The position numbers were made by a program, and so were the translations under genes. From IMG/VR virus record IMGVR_UViG_3300030099_001934, positions 1-55,631 of that record: DNA of 55,631 nucleotides, one strand, 5' to 3'. Position 1 is the stretch's first letter; every line of letters starts with the position of its first letter. Source of the DNA: a virus. Lineage: Duplodnaviria > Caudoviricetes. This document shows positions 37,462 to 46,208 of the stretch, in pieces. The notes beneath the pieces are model-generated. The model was not told where the DNA came from and did not search any database. It saw only the letters and a list, made by a program, of their open reading frames with translations.

Positions 37462-37677
37462 GAAGACTAATCCTCCAAAGATACCTACTACGAATACGCT
37501 AACATCTCCGCTGCTCATTGAATCTCCTTTGAAAACTAAGATAGATGCACAAGCGATAATGATTGAGATAAACTGAACCATTATCATTTCTACGATGATA
37601 TTTCTACTGGGAGCAAATATAGTGCTACTTGCTTGACTAATTCTCATACTGTAATCAGACATACTACCGGGTTGCAT
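37429..37677 (-). CDS. Small two-TM membrane protein, holin-like
   Basis: Hydrophobic segments IIVEMIMVQFISIIIACASILVF and VSVFVVGIFGGLVFLTTLY; SD GGTGA. Confidence 0.65.
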   Translation of the reverse strand: MQPGSMSDYSMRISQASSTIFAPSRNIIVEMIMVQFISIIIACASILVFKGDSMSSGDVSVFVVGIFGGLVFLTTLYSRITR

Positions 37678-37686
37678 TTTATCACC

Positions 37687-38349
37687 TTAGTTTCTTGGTA
37701 GTCCTATGAGTCCACGAGCGACACTACCAATTCCGCCACCGACTTTGTTCATCATTCCTTCATCTTGTAAAGCAGCACCAAGAGCATTACCCATTAGAGA
37801 CTGTTGAGACATATTGAAAATCTGTTGCCTTTGCATTTCAGCATCTTGGAACTTTTGATTACTTGCGGCTACCATGTTGTTAAGAATCATACTAACATTT
37901 TCTACGCTAAGTGTTTGTAAATCCGAAGGTAAAGTAGCGGGGTCAAGTTTCATACCGCCCTCATCTTCGTCAATAACAAATGTAGCATTTTTTAGAATGT
38001 TAAGTAAACTTAGACTTGTAGTTGCAGCAATTAAATCTACTAAAGTGCCAAGTCCTCCGTCTTTGATAAAACGATGAATTGGATTTTGAGATTGAAGTAG
38101 AGCACCCATCAACTCCATTTCGCTTGGAGGGGTGTATTGCTGTTGTTGAAACATTTGTTGCTGTTGTTGATTCATACCGACACCATTCATCATTCCAGCA
38201 ATAAATCCTTGATTTTGCTGTTGTTGCATGGGCTGTGCGCTAAGAGAATAACTGCTTTGTGGTTGCTGCATTCCGTAGTTCATTCCTCCACCAGTTGCTG
38301 ATAGATTCAAACCACCAGTTTGCTGTTGTTGATTACCGAGTCCTAACAT
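37687..38349 (-). CDS. Gln/Gly/Met-rich protein
   Basis: 220 aa with a prion-like Q-rich N-terminus and amphipathic C-terminus GGGIGSVARGLIG. Confidence 0.65.
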   Translation of the reverse strand: MLGLGNQQQQTGGLNLSATGGGMNYGMQQPQSSYSLSAQPMQQQQNQGFIAGMMNGVGMNQQQQQMFQQQQYTPPSEMELMGALLQSQNPIHRFIKDGGLGTLVDLIAATTSLSLLNILKNATFVIDEDEGGMKLDPATLPSDLQTLSVENVSMILNNMVAASNQKFQDAEMQRQQIFNMSQQSLMGNALGAALQDEGMMNKVGGGIGSVARGLIGLPRN

Positions 38350-38353
38350 CGTA

Positions 38354-39289
38354 TCATGCCTCCCCAGCGACTACTCCACCATCAAGGTTCTGTTGTAATT
38401 TTGCATTCTCGGTGTTAAGTAATTCTTGGAATGCTTGAGTAGGCATATTCATTTGTTGTAATTCCATTTGGAATATACGCAAGTCAAACACAACCATTGT
38501 AACATCGTTTTGACCAGTAACTGGATTAGCATAATGTAGAACATTGATACCTTTTGTTTTACCAGCATCTCTTTCAAGTTCAGCGAAGAACGGTTCGTAT
38601 TTTTGTAGCATAGCAGGTGTCGGGTCATTTTTCTTTACAGAAGATATAGGAACTGTTACGATAGATACACCCCTTTTGACTTTATCACGAAGTCGGCTTG
38701 GGTTCATCTCATTCTGTTTGTCCTCCTCAGCCTCCCATTTACATAGCAAATGATAGAGGTGCATGTGTTCAGGACAGTATGTTCCTTTGAGTTTACGCCC
38801 ACTGGTAACTTTATCTTGTGCAATAAACGCTTCAGGTTGCCCAGTAACCGGATTTTGCCAATACATTTCCCAAAGAGAGCGCCCTGTTTCTTCATCGCAA
38901 ATACGCATGTAAAGATTATCATGCTGGATTAGATTTGCACAGTTACAACCATCTACAACACATGTTCCTGTATCTTTAGCATATCTGTATTTACGACCAA
39001 ATAAAAATCTCATTGGGTTGAAAATAGAACGCTTTGCCGGTTGAAGTAATTTGTAGGCTTGTTTGATGTCTTTACGGCGAGCCTTTCTTGGGTCAGGATG
39101 ACGACTTGGATAAAAATTAACTTTGGGAACTTCTATATTTCCTGATGCTGCTGCCGCTTGCATACCTTGTTGAGCCACCAACATTTCTTGTAGAGCAGCC
39201 TGAGTAAGTTGTTCATTACCTTGCATAGCCAAAGTTGCTAATTGCGCTTCGTTAAGATTCTGTTGTTGATTTCTACTAAAGTTCATCAT
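38354..39289 (-). CDS. Hypothetical protein with putative Zn site
   Basis: 311 aa; CVVDGC...YCPEH; Q-rich termini. Confidence 0.65.
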   Translation of the reverse strand: MMNFSRNQQQNLNEAQLATLAMQGNEQLTQAALQEMLVAQQGMQAAAASGNIEVPKVNFYPSRHPDPRKARRKDIKQAYKLLQPAKRSIFNPMRFLFGRKYRYAKDTGTCVVDGCNCANLIQHDNLYMRICDEETGRSLWEMYWQNPVTGQPEAFIAQDKVTSGRKLKGTYCPEHMHLYHLLCKWEAEEDKQNEMNPSRLRDKVKRGVSIVTVPISSVKKNDPTPAMLQKYEPFFAELERDAGKTKGINVLHYANPVTGQNDVTMVVFDLRIFQMELQQMNMPTQAFQELLNTENAKLQQNLDGGVVAGEA

Positions 39290-39483
39290 TCTACCACGAC
39301 CTGCTTAGCCGTAGGTGTCATGACTACAACAATTTGTCCCTCTTGAACGGTAAATCTCCAATTAACATCATCACCAGCACTAAGTCCAAAATGCTCTACG
39401 ATAAACATAGGAACAGTTGTCCTTAGACTGCGACTACCGCCACCAGTAGATACCAAAGTAGTAGACGATTTTTTACCTGTCAT
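39286..39483 (-). CDS. AbrB/MazE/SpoVT-family DNA-binding protein
   Basis: GGGSRSLRTTVPMFIVEHFGLSAGDDVNW swapped-hairpin pattern. Confidence 0.85.
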   Translation of the reverse strand: MTGKKSSTTLVSTGGGSRSLRTTVPMFIVEHFGLSAGDDVNWRFTVQEGQIVVVMTPTAKQVVVE

Positions 39484-39538
39484 ATTTACACCGAAAGAGT
39501 TGTTATTGAAAAGGCTACCTATGGGGTCATTTTTTTGG

Positions 39539-40261
39539 TCAAGATGTCAAAAGACTCACCATAGTCTTCTCTACATTCCATCCTATTCTTGTAGCCATGA
39601 AAGACCTGCGAGTAGGAATACCTGCTTTTTGTAACCTGATTAAGTCGTCTCTGAACGGGTCAAATATCTTATGTTCCCCTATGCGGCCATCGTGCCATAG
39701 TTTAGATGCAGTCTCATCAAAGAAACGGTCAGCCTTGTTAGCAACTAACATGATGACTCTTGGGTGATATTTTTTACCTCTAAACCTTGACCATAAAGAA
39801 CGGTAACGATATTCTCGTTTTATTAGACAATCTACAAGATAACGAAAGCCAGCAATTTGTTGCACAGCATCGTCTCCTCCTTTGAATGCTCTATCATCAA
39901 ACATGTAGACAATTGCCTCTACACCACGAGTTACCATATCCTCAATCCACAGATTCCAAAAACGCTCTTGGCCTCCTATGTCGGATGAATAGACTACTCT
40001 TTTTTCACCTTGCCAAGATACTCTTTTTCTTGTTGGTTTTGGCATTTTATATTTACCAATTTTTAGTATACGAGAGTGAGTAGTTCTTTCATCTTCAGGT
40101 ATTTCCTCCATTTCACCGGGAGTTGTAAGGTAACGGTCAAGTGTAGTTTTACCAACCATAGGTGCTCCGTATACACCGACCTTTCTTGGTTTGTAAGAAT
40201 TGTAGAGATTCTGACCCCACATCGCTGCGCCTACAAGCGCAGTTCCTCCGGGGTCTACCAT
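39539..40261 (-). CDS. Ras-superfamily small GTPase, Arf-like
   Basis: G1 GAPMVGKTT, G2 Thr (ERTT), G3 DIGGQERFWNLW, AIVYMFD strand, G4 ANKAD. Confidence 0.85.
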   Translation of the reverse strand: MVDPGGTALVGAAMWGQNLYNSYKPRKVGVYGAPMVGKTTLDRYLTTPGEMEEIPEDERTTHSRILKIGKYKMPKPTRKRVSWQGEKRVVYSSDIGGQERFWNLWIEDMVTRGVEAIVYMFDDRAFKGGDDAVQQIAGFRYLVDCLIKREYRYRSLWSRFRGKKYHPRVIMLVANKADRFFDETASKLWHDGRIGEHKIFDPFRDDLIRLQKAGIPTRRSFMATRIGWNVEKTMVSLLTS

Positions 40262-40264
40262 TGA

Positions 40265-40522
40265 TTAATCCCACCACTTTAACCAGTTAGCAAAGTCTTC
40301 AAGTTTTTTAATACTCCAATCTACAGTGTTTTCATATATACTGTATTCAGGATTGTGAAACTCAAAGCCACTAACAATAAGACATGTAATACCCGATGCG
40401 ATAATTGTCTTTATCCAGCCCCAAGTTCTTTCGTATGCGTTATCTACTGTATTTGCTATGTGAATAGCACGAAGAGTGCTTTCAGTAGCATCGTCAGAAG
40501 GAGTGCGAAAGATTCGACCCAT
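40265..40522 (-). CDS. Small single-TM membrane protein
   Basis: Hydrophobic WIKTIIASGITCLIVSGF and a Trp-rich amphipathic C-terminus. Confidence 0.65.
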   Translation of the reverse strand: MGRIFRTPSDDATESTLRAIHIANTVDNAYERTWGWIKTIIASGITCLIVSGFEFHNPEYSIYENTVDWSIKKLEDFANWLKWWD

Positions 40523-40535
40523 GTTTAAGCCTCAC

Positions 40536-41156
40536 TCAAGATTTCTTTTCATATCTCTTATCAGGTGTGCCGTCTTTCTTTAACTTCACAGGCTCTTCAT
40601 CTATACCAAGAGTAAGCGGTTGTTGTATTTTCGCCTCATGAGTTGGAATACGACTACTATCAAATACAGTAGAGCCGCCACCTCTATTGTCAAATGAGCC
40701 AATCATAGAAGGAGAACCACCCGCTACGCCCCAACTTGGTGGCATTTTTCCGGGGTTTTCCTCCATCCAGCGAAGTTCACGCTCAAGTTGTGCTTCTTGC
40801 ATTCTCATTTCCATTTCAGCCCTACGATTATCAAACTGCTGTTGCATCATACGGTATTGGTGGTTTCTTTGTTTCTCAATATTACCATGTCTTACTTTCT
40901 CCTGTAAGTTCTGTTCAAAGAACATCTTGAAGAAGTAATATGCAATACCCTGCATAAAGAATGCACCCATAGCATAAGTAAATCCATTTATCCAAACACT
41001 GTCCTGTTTAAGCCAAACCTCAGCATCAAAGATACCAATTGCTACTCCGACCAGTGTGCTTTGGGCTAAGATAAGCCCCATTAACCTAATTTCCGCTTCG
41101 TGATGGTCTTGTGATTCCATAATGTCCACTGGACTGTCCACTCCGGGGGTCACCAT
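40536..41156 (-). CDS. Two-TM membrane protein with cytoplasmic coiled coil
   Basis: TM segments LMGLILAQSTLVGVAIGIF and INGFTYAMGAFFMQGIAYYFF, a Q/E/M coiled coil and C-terminal KKDGTPDKRY. The start may be the second Met (MESQ). Confidence 0.7.
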   Translation of the reverse strand: MVTPGVDSPVDIMESQDHHEAEIRLMGLILAQSTLVGVAIGIFDAEVWLKQDSVWINGFTYAMGAFFMQGIAYYFFKMFFEQNLQEKVRHGNIEKQRNHQYRMMQQQFDNRRAEMEMRMQEAQLERELRWMEENPGKMPPSWGVAGGSPSMIGSFDNRGGGSTVFDSSRIPTHEAKIQQPLTLGIDEEPVKLKKDGTPDKRYEKKS

Positions 41157-41170
41157 AAAGGTTGCTGGGG

Positions 41171-41264
41171 GTGTTGTCCGAGTTGTCAGTTGTATTATCT
41201 ATACTTTGAAAGAATAATTACAAAACAATATTTGTGTAAACAATACATTAGACAACTTAGACAA
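41171..41264. repeat. Inverted-repeat element with AT-rich spacer, copy 1
   Basis: TTGTCCGAGTTGTC (41174-41187) and GACAACTTAGACAA (41251-41264) flank a 63-bp AT-rich spacer. The left 28 bp match 51445-51472 at 26/28. Confidence 0.85.
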
Positions 41265-41265
41265 A

Positions 41266-41697
41266 TCAAAATGGATAAGGATGCATTAATTCTTTTCTAT
41301 TTTCAACATCTTCTTCTTTATGATAATCGTCTAAAGATGTCAATAAAGCCTGTGCTATCAATTTATCTTGTTCATCCATAGGGCCACCCATCAAGTTCCT
41401 CAACAACTCAAGGTCTTCTTTGATTCCCTTTGTAATGGGGCGCAGTGTCCCTTTATCTTTGAAGTGCCTTGCCCTGTTTTTATGTTCATCTTCTACTGTC
41501 AATTTACCACCTTCTGTATGAGAAATGTCACGGTGAGAGTGGTCACCATACATACCACGCCTCTGTCTTTCTCTATTCAAGTCCTCTCTATACTTGACTC
41601 TTTCAGGAGATGACTCGTATTTAGTGTCATACTCTTTTTTACGGCGTAATGCTTCAGGAGACTTACGCTCTTTACGGACTACACCAATGTCTGTCAT
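41266..41697 (-). CDS. HNH-like basic protein
   Basis: KKEYDTKYESSPE...LNRER...RDISH...KNRARH resembles the degenerate HNH family of marine phages. Confidence 0.55.
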   Translation of the reverse strand: MTDIGVVRKERKSPEALRRKKEYDTKYESSPERVKYREDLNRERQRRGMYGDHSHRDISHTEGGKLTVEDEHKNRARHFKDKGTLRPITKGIKEDLELLRNLMGGPMDEQDKLIAQALLTSLDDYHKEEDVENRKELMHPYPF

Positions 41698-41698
41698 A

Positions 41699-42013
41699 CT
41701 AACAATTCCATCTCTTCAACGCTGCTCCTTTCGGAGTCAGTTTTCCATCTTTACTGGTTGGGCCTTTACTACCGCCCATTCTTGCACAAAATGATTTACG
41801 CCTCTTAGCAGCCTTGCTACCCGGTTTGAGTTTGCTTGGTTTTTTAGTTACTGGTCTTTTCAAATTAGCACCAGTTTCTCTTTTGAACTTAGCACGACCC
41901 TTAGCGTTCAACCCACCACTCTTAGAGTGTCTTTTTGGATTATAACCGTGAAACGGTTTAGATTTCTTTTTTGCTTTTTCAATTACAGACCATGCTTCTT
42001 CAAATGCACTCAT
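41699..42013 (-). CDS. Small basic protein (DUF6321-like) with AWxxxxK tag
   Basis: MSAFEEAWSVIEKA followed by GGLNAKGR...RRKSFCARM...LKRWNC. Confidence 0.7.
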   Translation of the reverse strand: MSAFEEAWSVIEKAKKKSKPFHGYNPKRHSKSGGLNAKGRAKFKRETGANLKRPVTKKPSKLKPGSKAAKRRKSFCARMGGSKGPTSKDGKLTPKGAALKRWNC

Positions 42014-42612
42014 TGTATCACACCAACCATTTTTTTCATACTTTCAGTTTTCTTTTTCTGTTGCTCAATAAAATTACGATAAACACCAGCCTCTTGTTTC
42101 TTACCCATTTCTCGTGCTCTTTGTTCCATAGCAATTGCTGCTTGTGTTTTGTGAGCATGACTGCGGCTGCTGTTTTTAATTTTAGATACGGATTGACGAG
42201 CCTTTGCTGGATTTTTGAACCCTAAACCATGTATAGTGCCTTTTGGATTTTCGTCAGTATACAAATCAGAGTGTTTCTTTGAACCAGCAGGTTGTCCTTT
42301 TTTACGAGGTATACGAGGTGCTTTTACCAAGACACTTTTGACAATCGTAGGTTTACCACCTACTCCTTGTTTTTTACTACGCTTTCTTTTAGTAGCGGCT
42401 CGCTTTTGTCCTTCGGACATTGAGCCGGAAGTCTTTGGAGTTTTACTTGATACTTTTACACTTGGTCTACACTTTGGATAACCCTTGCTTGAAGTCTTGG
42501 CTTTTGACCTACCACAAGGAGGGTGAGAACCATCTTTATTCTTACGACTAACATCAACCCATTTTTCTTTGAACCATCGGTTCAAGTTTTTACGGATTAA
42601 CACTTTAGTCAT
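42010..42612 (-). CDS. Two-domain basic protein of marine-phage type
   Basis: LNRWFKEKWVD...PCGR...YPKCRP domain, SVLVKA linker, then HSDLYTDENPKGTIHGLGFK...MEQRA domain. Confidence 0.7.
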   Translation of the reverse strand: MTKVLIRKNLNRWFKEKWVDVSRKNKDGSHPPCGRSKAKTSSKGYPKCRPSVKVSSKTPKTSGSMSEGQKRAATKRKRSKKQGVGGKPTIVKSVLVKAPRIPRKKGQPAGSKKHSDLYTDENPKGTIHGLGFKNPAKARQSVSKIKNSSRSHAHKTQAAIAMEQRAREMGKKQEAGVYRNFIEQQKKKTESMKKMVGVIQ

Positions 42613-42616
42613 CCAC

Positions 42617-42793
42617 TCACCTTACTGCTACCATCTTTGAAATCTTACTTGCTTTTTTCTTTTGTTTGTCAAGTAAAGCATAACAAGGACACTTAGGGGC
42701 TTCTGCCGAACACTGCATAACTCCTTTGAGCATACACACGCATGGGGTCTTTTCAGTGCCACCACAACAACATGATTTACGCTTTAGTTTCAT
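42617..42793 (-). CDS. Small Cys-rich basic protein, 58 aa
   Basis: Start revised to ATG 42793 (ATGA overlap): MKLKRKSCCCGGTEKTPCVCMLKGVMQCSAEAPKCPC... Confidence 0.65.
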   Translation of the reverse strand: MKLKRKSCCCGGTEKTPCVCMLKGVMQCSAEAPKCPCYALLDKQKKKASKISKMVAVR

Positions 42794-42954
42794 TTCTTTT
42801 TCCCCTTTTTCTTGAACTTTCCACGACAGTATTGCACAGCCCACCCATTAGCATACGCCGATGGATAAACTTTGAACTTTCTTTTAGCAGCAGCCTTACC
42901 TGCTGGACATAATTTTTTCTCAAGCGAATCCCATGCAATATCAAACGGTGTCAT
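42790..42954 (-). CDS. Small basic protein with AW tag, 54 aa (not in ORF track)
   Basis: MTPFDIAWDSLEKKLCPAGKAAAKRKFKVYPSAYANGWAVQYCRGKFKKKGKKK, with ATGA overlaps at both ends. Confidence 0.8.
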   Translation of the reverse strand: MTPFDIAWDSLEKKLCPAGKAAAKRKFKVYPSAYANGWAVQYCRGKFKKKGKKK

Positions 42955-45767
42955 TGTGTAGCCTCCTGTTGAAAGTTATAATCTTGTAAGAAAAAAGGTT
43001 TGTTCTCATTATGAGCCGATAGTGATTGTTGTAAAAAATCTTGTGTCCAATCCGCCCCTTCTTTCATTGGAGTTCCATGTATTTGTTTTTCATGCTCTAC
43101 TCCGCCAATATCTCTCATGTATCTACCGTTATCAGATTCCGAAATTGGTTTATTCACTAATTCTCTAATATGGTCGTAATCAGTTACACTCGGCATACCT
43201 TCTTTGTCTAACACAGAAGCCCAAGCCCCGCTTGTCTCGGCGTAGTGTCCGGGTATTTTCAGATTTTCAAACATGTGATTTTTAAGAGCATTCTTACCTT
43301 CTCTACTTCCATCATGCGCTGTTACCGATGACTTGAACCCCTGCTCTCTTTGAGAATAAATGTGTGCGGCATCAACAAAAGGGTCTTCGTCATTGTCAAT
43401 CATATCATAACGATGGTGTTTTTGCTCTTCTTGTAGGTCATCAGCGTTTTTGTATTTAGCGTGACCTCCCGCAGCCTCGTATGAAATATTCATAGCATCG
43501 GCTACTTCTCCGTAGAGTTCAGGTTTGGCATCCATCCCCTCCTTTGGTAAACTTACCCACGAATCTTTAGTTCCAAAATATTCATTGAAGTTTGCTTTTA
43601 GTAATTGATAAGCGATTTCTATTGGCTCTCCACGATTAAGGCCGAATCCTCCAGCCATTCTTGAAGCAAACCCGGCACTCTGATTGTATTTTCTATGAAA
43701 ATTACCATGAGGGTCTTCAACATTCCAATGGTCATATTCTTCGGCCATTTTATCTAACGCTACTTTTGATGGATGAAGCGGGTTTTCAAAGTCACTTTGT
43801 AATTTCATTTGCTCTTCATGTGGCATAGCACTTACCTTTGCTGATGCATCATGGTAGTGTTGAATGTAACGAAGGTATTCATCAAATGCTTCTTCAGGGT
43901 AAAGGTGGTGTTTATCCGGGTGAAACATGCCACTGTAGTTTTCTGTTTCTAATTCACCACTTACAGGGTCATTCCAATATGAAGGAGGGGAGTCGGCAAT
44001 AGTATCAACAATTGCTCTTTGTTTATCGTGCAATTCATCATAAGACAATAATGGGTAGCCTAAGTCAAATGCATCTTCAATGTAATTATTTTTCCTATCA
44101 TCATTTTTAAGGAGTTGATAAGGGATGTCCATTGGTTCGCTTGCTACTTTACGAGCGCCCCCTCTTCTGCGAAGCCTTTTTTTGTCACGGAGGTGTTCAT
44201 CCATACCTATGTCAAGTTCTTCAGCCCTTCTTGTAATAGCATCCATAGCATAAGACGGAGATATTCTTTCATCGTAAGGAACAAACCCTTCTTCAGTTGG
44301 TGAAGTAAATTGCCCTGTTATTGCTCTAAATCCAGCATCTCCTACTGTGGTATTCCAATCACGGTTGTATTCTTGAGGTGTCATTGGTAATCCTATTTCA
44401 TCCATTAATTTTCTTTGATTCATCAAAGCCATAGTCTCCCAATCAACTGCTCTAAGCATTTCACGAGGAGTTCTTATTCCAACTTTACCAAGTCTACGAC
44501 CCTCTCCCCATTTGTGGTTTAGGTCTTCAAGTCCTTGAGCATGACCGAGTTCGTGTAATTTTCTCCAGTTATCAGTAAATTGAGCATCACCAAATGATGC
44601 AGCCTCTGTATGAGGGTCAAAGATAGCAAGATGCCCAGTGGTATAATTTCTATTCTTTAAGTCAGAATAGTTACCATACTGCCCACCAAAGTAATACGGT
44701 TCATATCCATAATGTGCAAGTAACTCATCTACTTGAGCAGTCATATCGGCTAATTCTCTACTGTATGGTAGAAAAGGCTCACCAACTTTACTTGTATCTT
44801 GTGTCCCGTAATGCTGCATTATTTCCCAAAAACGAGGGTCATTCTTGGCTGCGTGTTGTCCTGATACATCAACCTTAGAATCTTTTAACAACTGATAAGC
44901 AATCTCCATTGGATTACCTGCTAATTTTATATCATAGTCTGACGGAGATAACGCTGCTGGGTGTATCATATCGTGAACATCATATTGCTCAGCACAATTA
45001 TAACAAAGGTGATGAGTGTAATCTTTTGTAAAAGTTGGATTTGTATAACGAAGAGATATGAGGGCATTGGGGTTAGGGCAAAGAGTGCAAGCCTCATTTA
45101 TGTAAGGTGAAGACCCAACACTCCTCAGTTCTACTGGATGGTCAGCATCGTGAGCAGCCATTTCTTTGAGTAGTTGAAAAGCAATCTCCATTGGTTCACC
45201 AGTTTGCACTGATGCACCACGGCGAGCCATATCCATAGCCCGTTGTTCTTGTGCTTGTTTTTTCTGAGCAGCATTTGCTTGCGATTGCTGCGCTAACTGC
45301 ATACCGATTTTTTTGTAATCGGTTTTCTTACCAGCGCTTCCACTTGGCTCTTCAGGTTCAGGCATTTCAGCCGCTGGTTCAGCAGCAGGTGGTTCAGGAG
45401 TAGTAACCTCGGCACTCGGCATCTTTTCTCCCAGTTTAGGTTTAGGAGCAACAGACTCTACTGCCTCAGATGCGCCTTTAGCGGCAGTCTTAGCAGCACT
45501 GGTAGCACCTTCAGCAGCACCTGCTGCCTCTGTTACTGCACCGCCACCTTTGACACCGACTTTTGCTTTGAGATTTTTTAGTCCAGTGCCTACTTTAGCC
45601 CTGAGATTTTTAGCACCAGTTTTCAAAGCACCTTTAACACCCTGCGAGGCTACTGCTTGACCTACTTTTGAAGCGCCAAGTTTTGCTGCTAATGGTGCTA
45701 ATTGTAAAAACTTCTCAATATCATCCTCGGAATCCCACGGAACAAAGTCGTAGTTTTCACTCGGCAT
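42951..45767 (-). CDS. 938-aa multidomain polyprotein with four EPMEIAYQLLK-type linkers and an HExxH domain
   Basis: Linkers at about 45165-45197, 44881-44915, 44101-44138 and 43591-43628; CxxC...CxxC module; WRKLHELGHAQG. Confidence 0.75.
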   Translation of the reverse strand: MPSENYDFVPWDSEDDIEKFLQLAPLAAKLGASKVGQAVASQGVKGALKTGAKNLRAKVGTGLKNLKAKVGVKGGGAVTEAAGAAEGATSAAKTAAKGASEAVESVAPKPKLGEKMPSAEVTTPEPPAAEPAAEMPEPEEPSGSAGKKTDYKKIGMQLAQQSQANAAQKKQAQEQRAMDMARRGASVQTGEPMEIAFQLLKEMAAHDADHPVELRSVGSSPYINEACTLCPNPNALISLRYTNPTFTKDYTHHLCYNCAEQYDVHDMIHPAALSPSDYDIKLAGNPMEIAYQLLKDSKVDVSGQHAAKNDPRFWEIMQHYGTQDTSKVGEPFLPYSRELADMTAQVDELLAHYGYEPYYFGGQYGNYSDLKNRNYTTGHLAIFDPHTEAASFGDAQFTDNWRKLHELGHAQGLEDLNHKWGEGRRLGKVGIRTPREMLRAVDWETMALMNQRKLMDEIGLPMTPQEYNRDWNTTVGDAGFRAITGQFTSPTEEGFVPYDERISPSYAMDAITRRAEELDIGMDEHLRDKKRLRRRGGARKVASEPMDIPYQLLKNDDRKNNYIEDAFDLGYPLLSYDELHDKQRAIVDTIADSPPSYWNDPVSGELETENYSGMFHPDKHHLYPEEAFDEYLRYIQHYHDASAKVSAMPHEEQMKLQSDFENPLHPSKVALDKMAEEYDHWNVEDPHGNFHRKYNQSAGFASRMAGGFGLNRGEPIEIAYQLLKANFNEYFGTKDSWVSLPKEGMDAKPELYGEVADAMNISYEAAGGHAKYKNADDLQEEQKHHRYDMIDNDEDPFVDAAHIYSQREQGFKSSVTAHDGSREGKNALKNHMFENLKIPGHYAETSGAWASVLDKEGMPSVTDYDHIRELVNKPISESDNGRYMRDIGGVEHEKQIHGTPMKEGADWTQDFLQQSLSAHNENKPFFLQDYNFQQEATQ

Positions 45768-45819
45768 TAACTAACGCCAAGTCGTGCATGAACAAAAGCA
45801 TATCGCTTATGAAGCGACA

Positions 45820-46170
45820 TCAATAGTTTGACCTAAAGAAATCCCAAGCCTTCATCATTGGGTGTTGAGGTGGTTGTGGTGGCTGGGACATATTTCCCAT
45901 AGTAGCACCTTCACCAACTGGGCCTTGAGGTGGTTGCATTGGAGGAGTGCGTGACTGAGCACTCATAATTTGAGTTAGTTTCTGATACATGTCTTCAGCC
46001 GCTTGTCGCATGGCTGGGTCGGGTGAGTTTTCATTGTCAAGAACAAATTGCCTCATTTGCCTGAGTCGGATAGCCTCCTCCGCTTTTCCTTTTTGTAACA
46101 AACTATCGTGCGCTATATCAAACAAATGTTCGTTTTTAAGAATGTAAAATGCGTCAGCGAAAGCGGTCAT
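45820..46170 (-). CDS. Tagged hypothetical protein
   Basis: Begins MTAFADAFYILKN and ends HPMMKAWDFFRS. Confidence 0.7.
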   Translation of the reverse strand: MTAFADAFYILKNEHLFDIAHDSLLQKGKAEEAIRLRQMRQFVLDNENSPDPAMRQAAEDMYQKLTQIMSAQSRTPPMQPPQGPVGEGATMGNMSQPPQPPQHPMMKAWDFFRSNY

Positions 46171-46208
46171 CGTTTATCCCACGATGTTGCTTGATAAAAG
46201 AGTAGCGG

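Noticed and set aside
39286-39483. MazE antitoxin of a toxin-antitoxin pair
   Set aside because: The downstream 311-aa protein shows no PIN, MazF or RelE motifs; a stand-alone AbrB-type regulator is the simpler reading.
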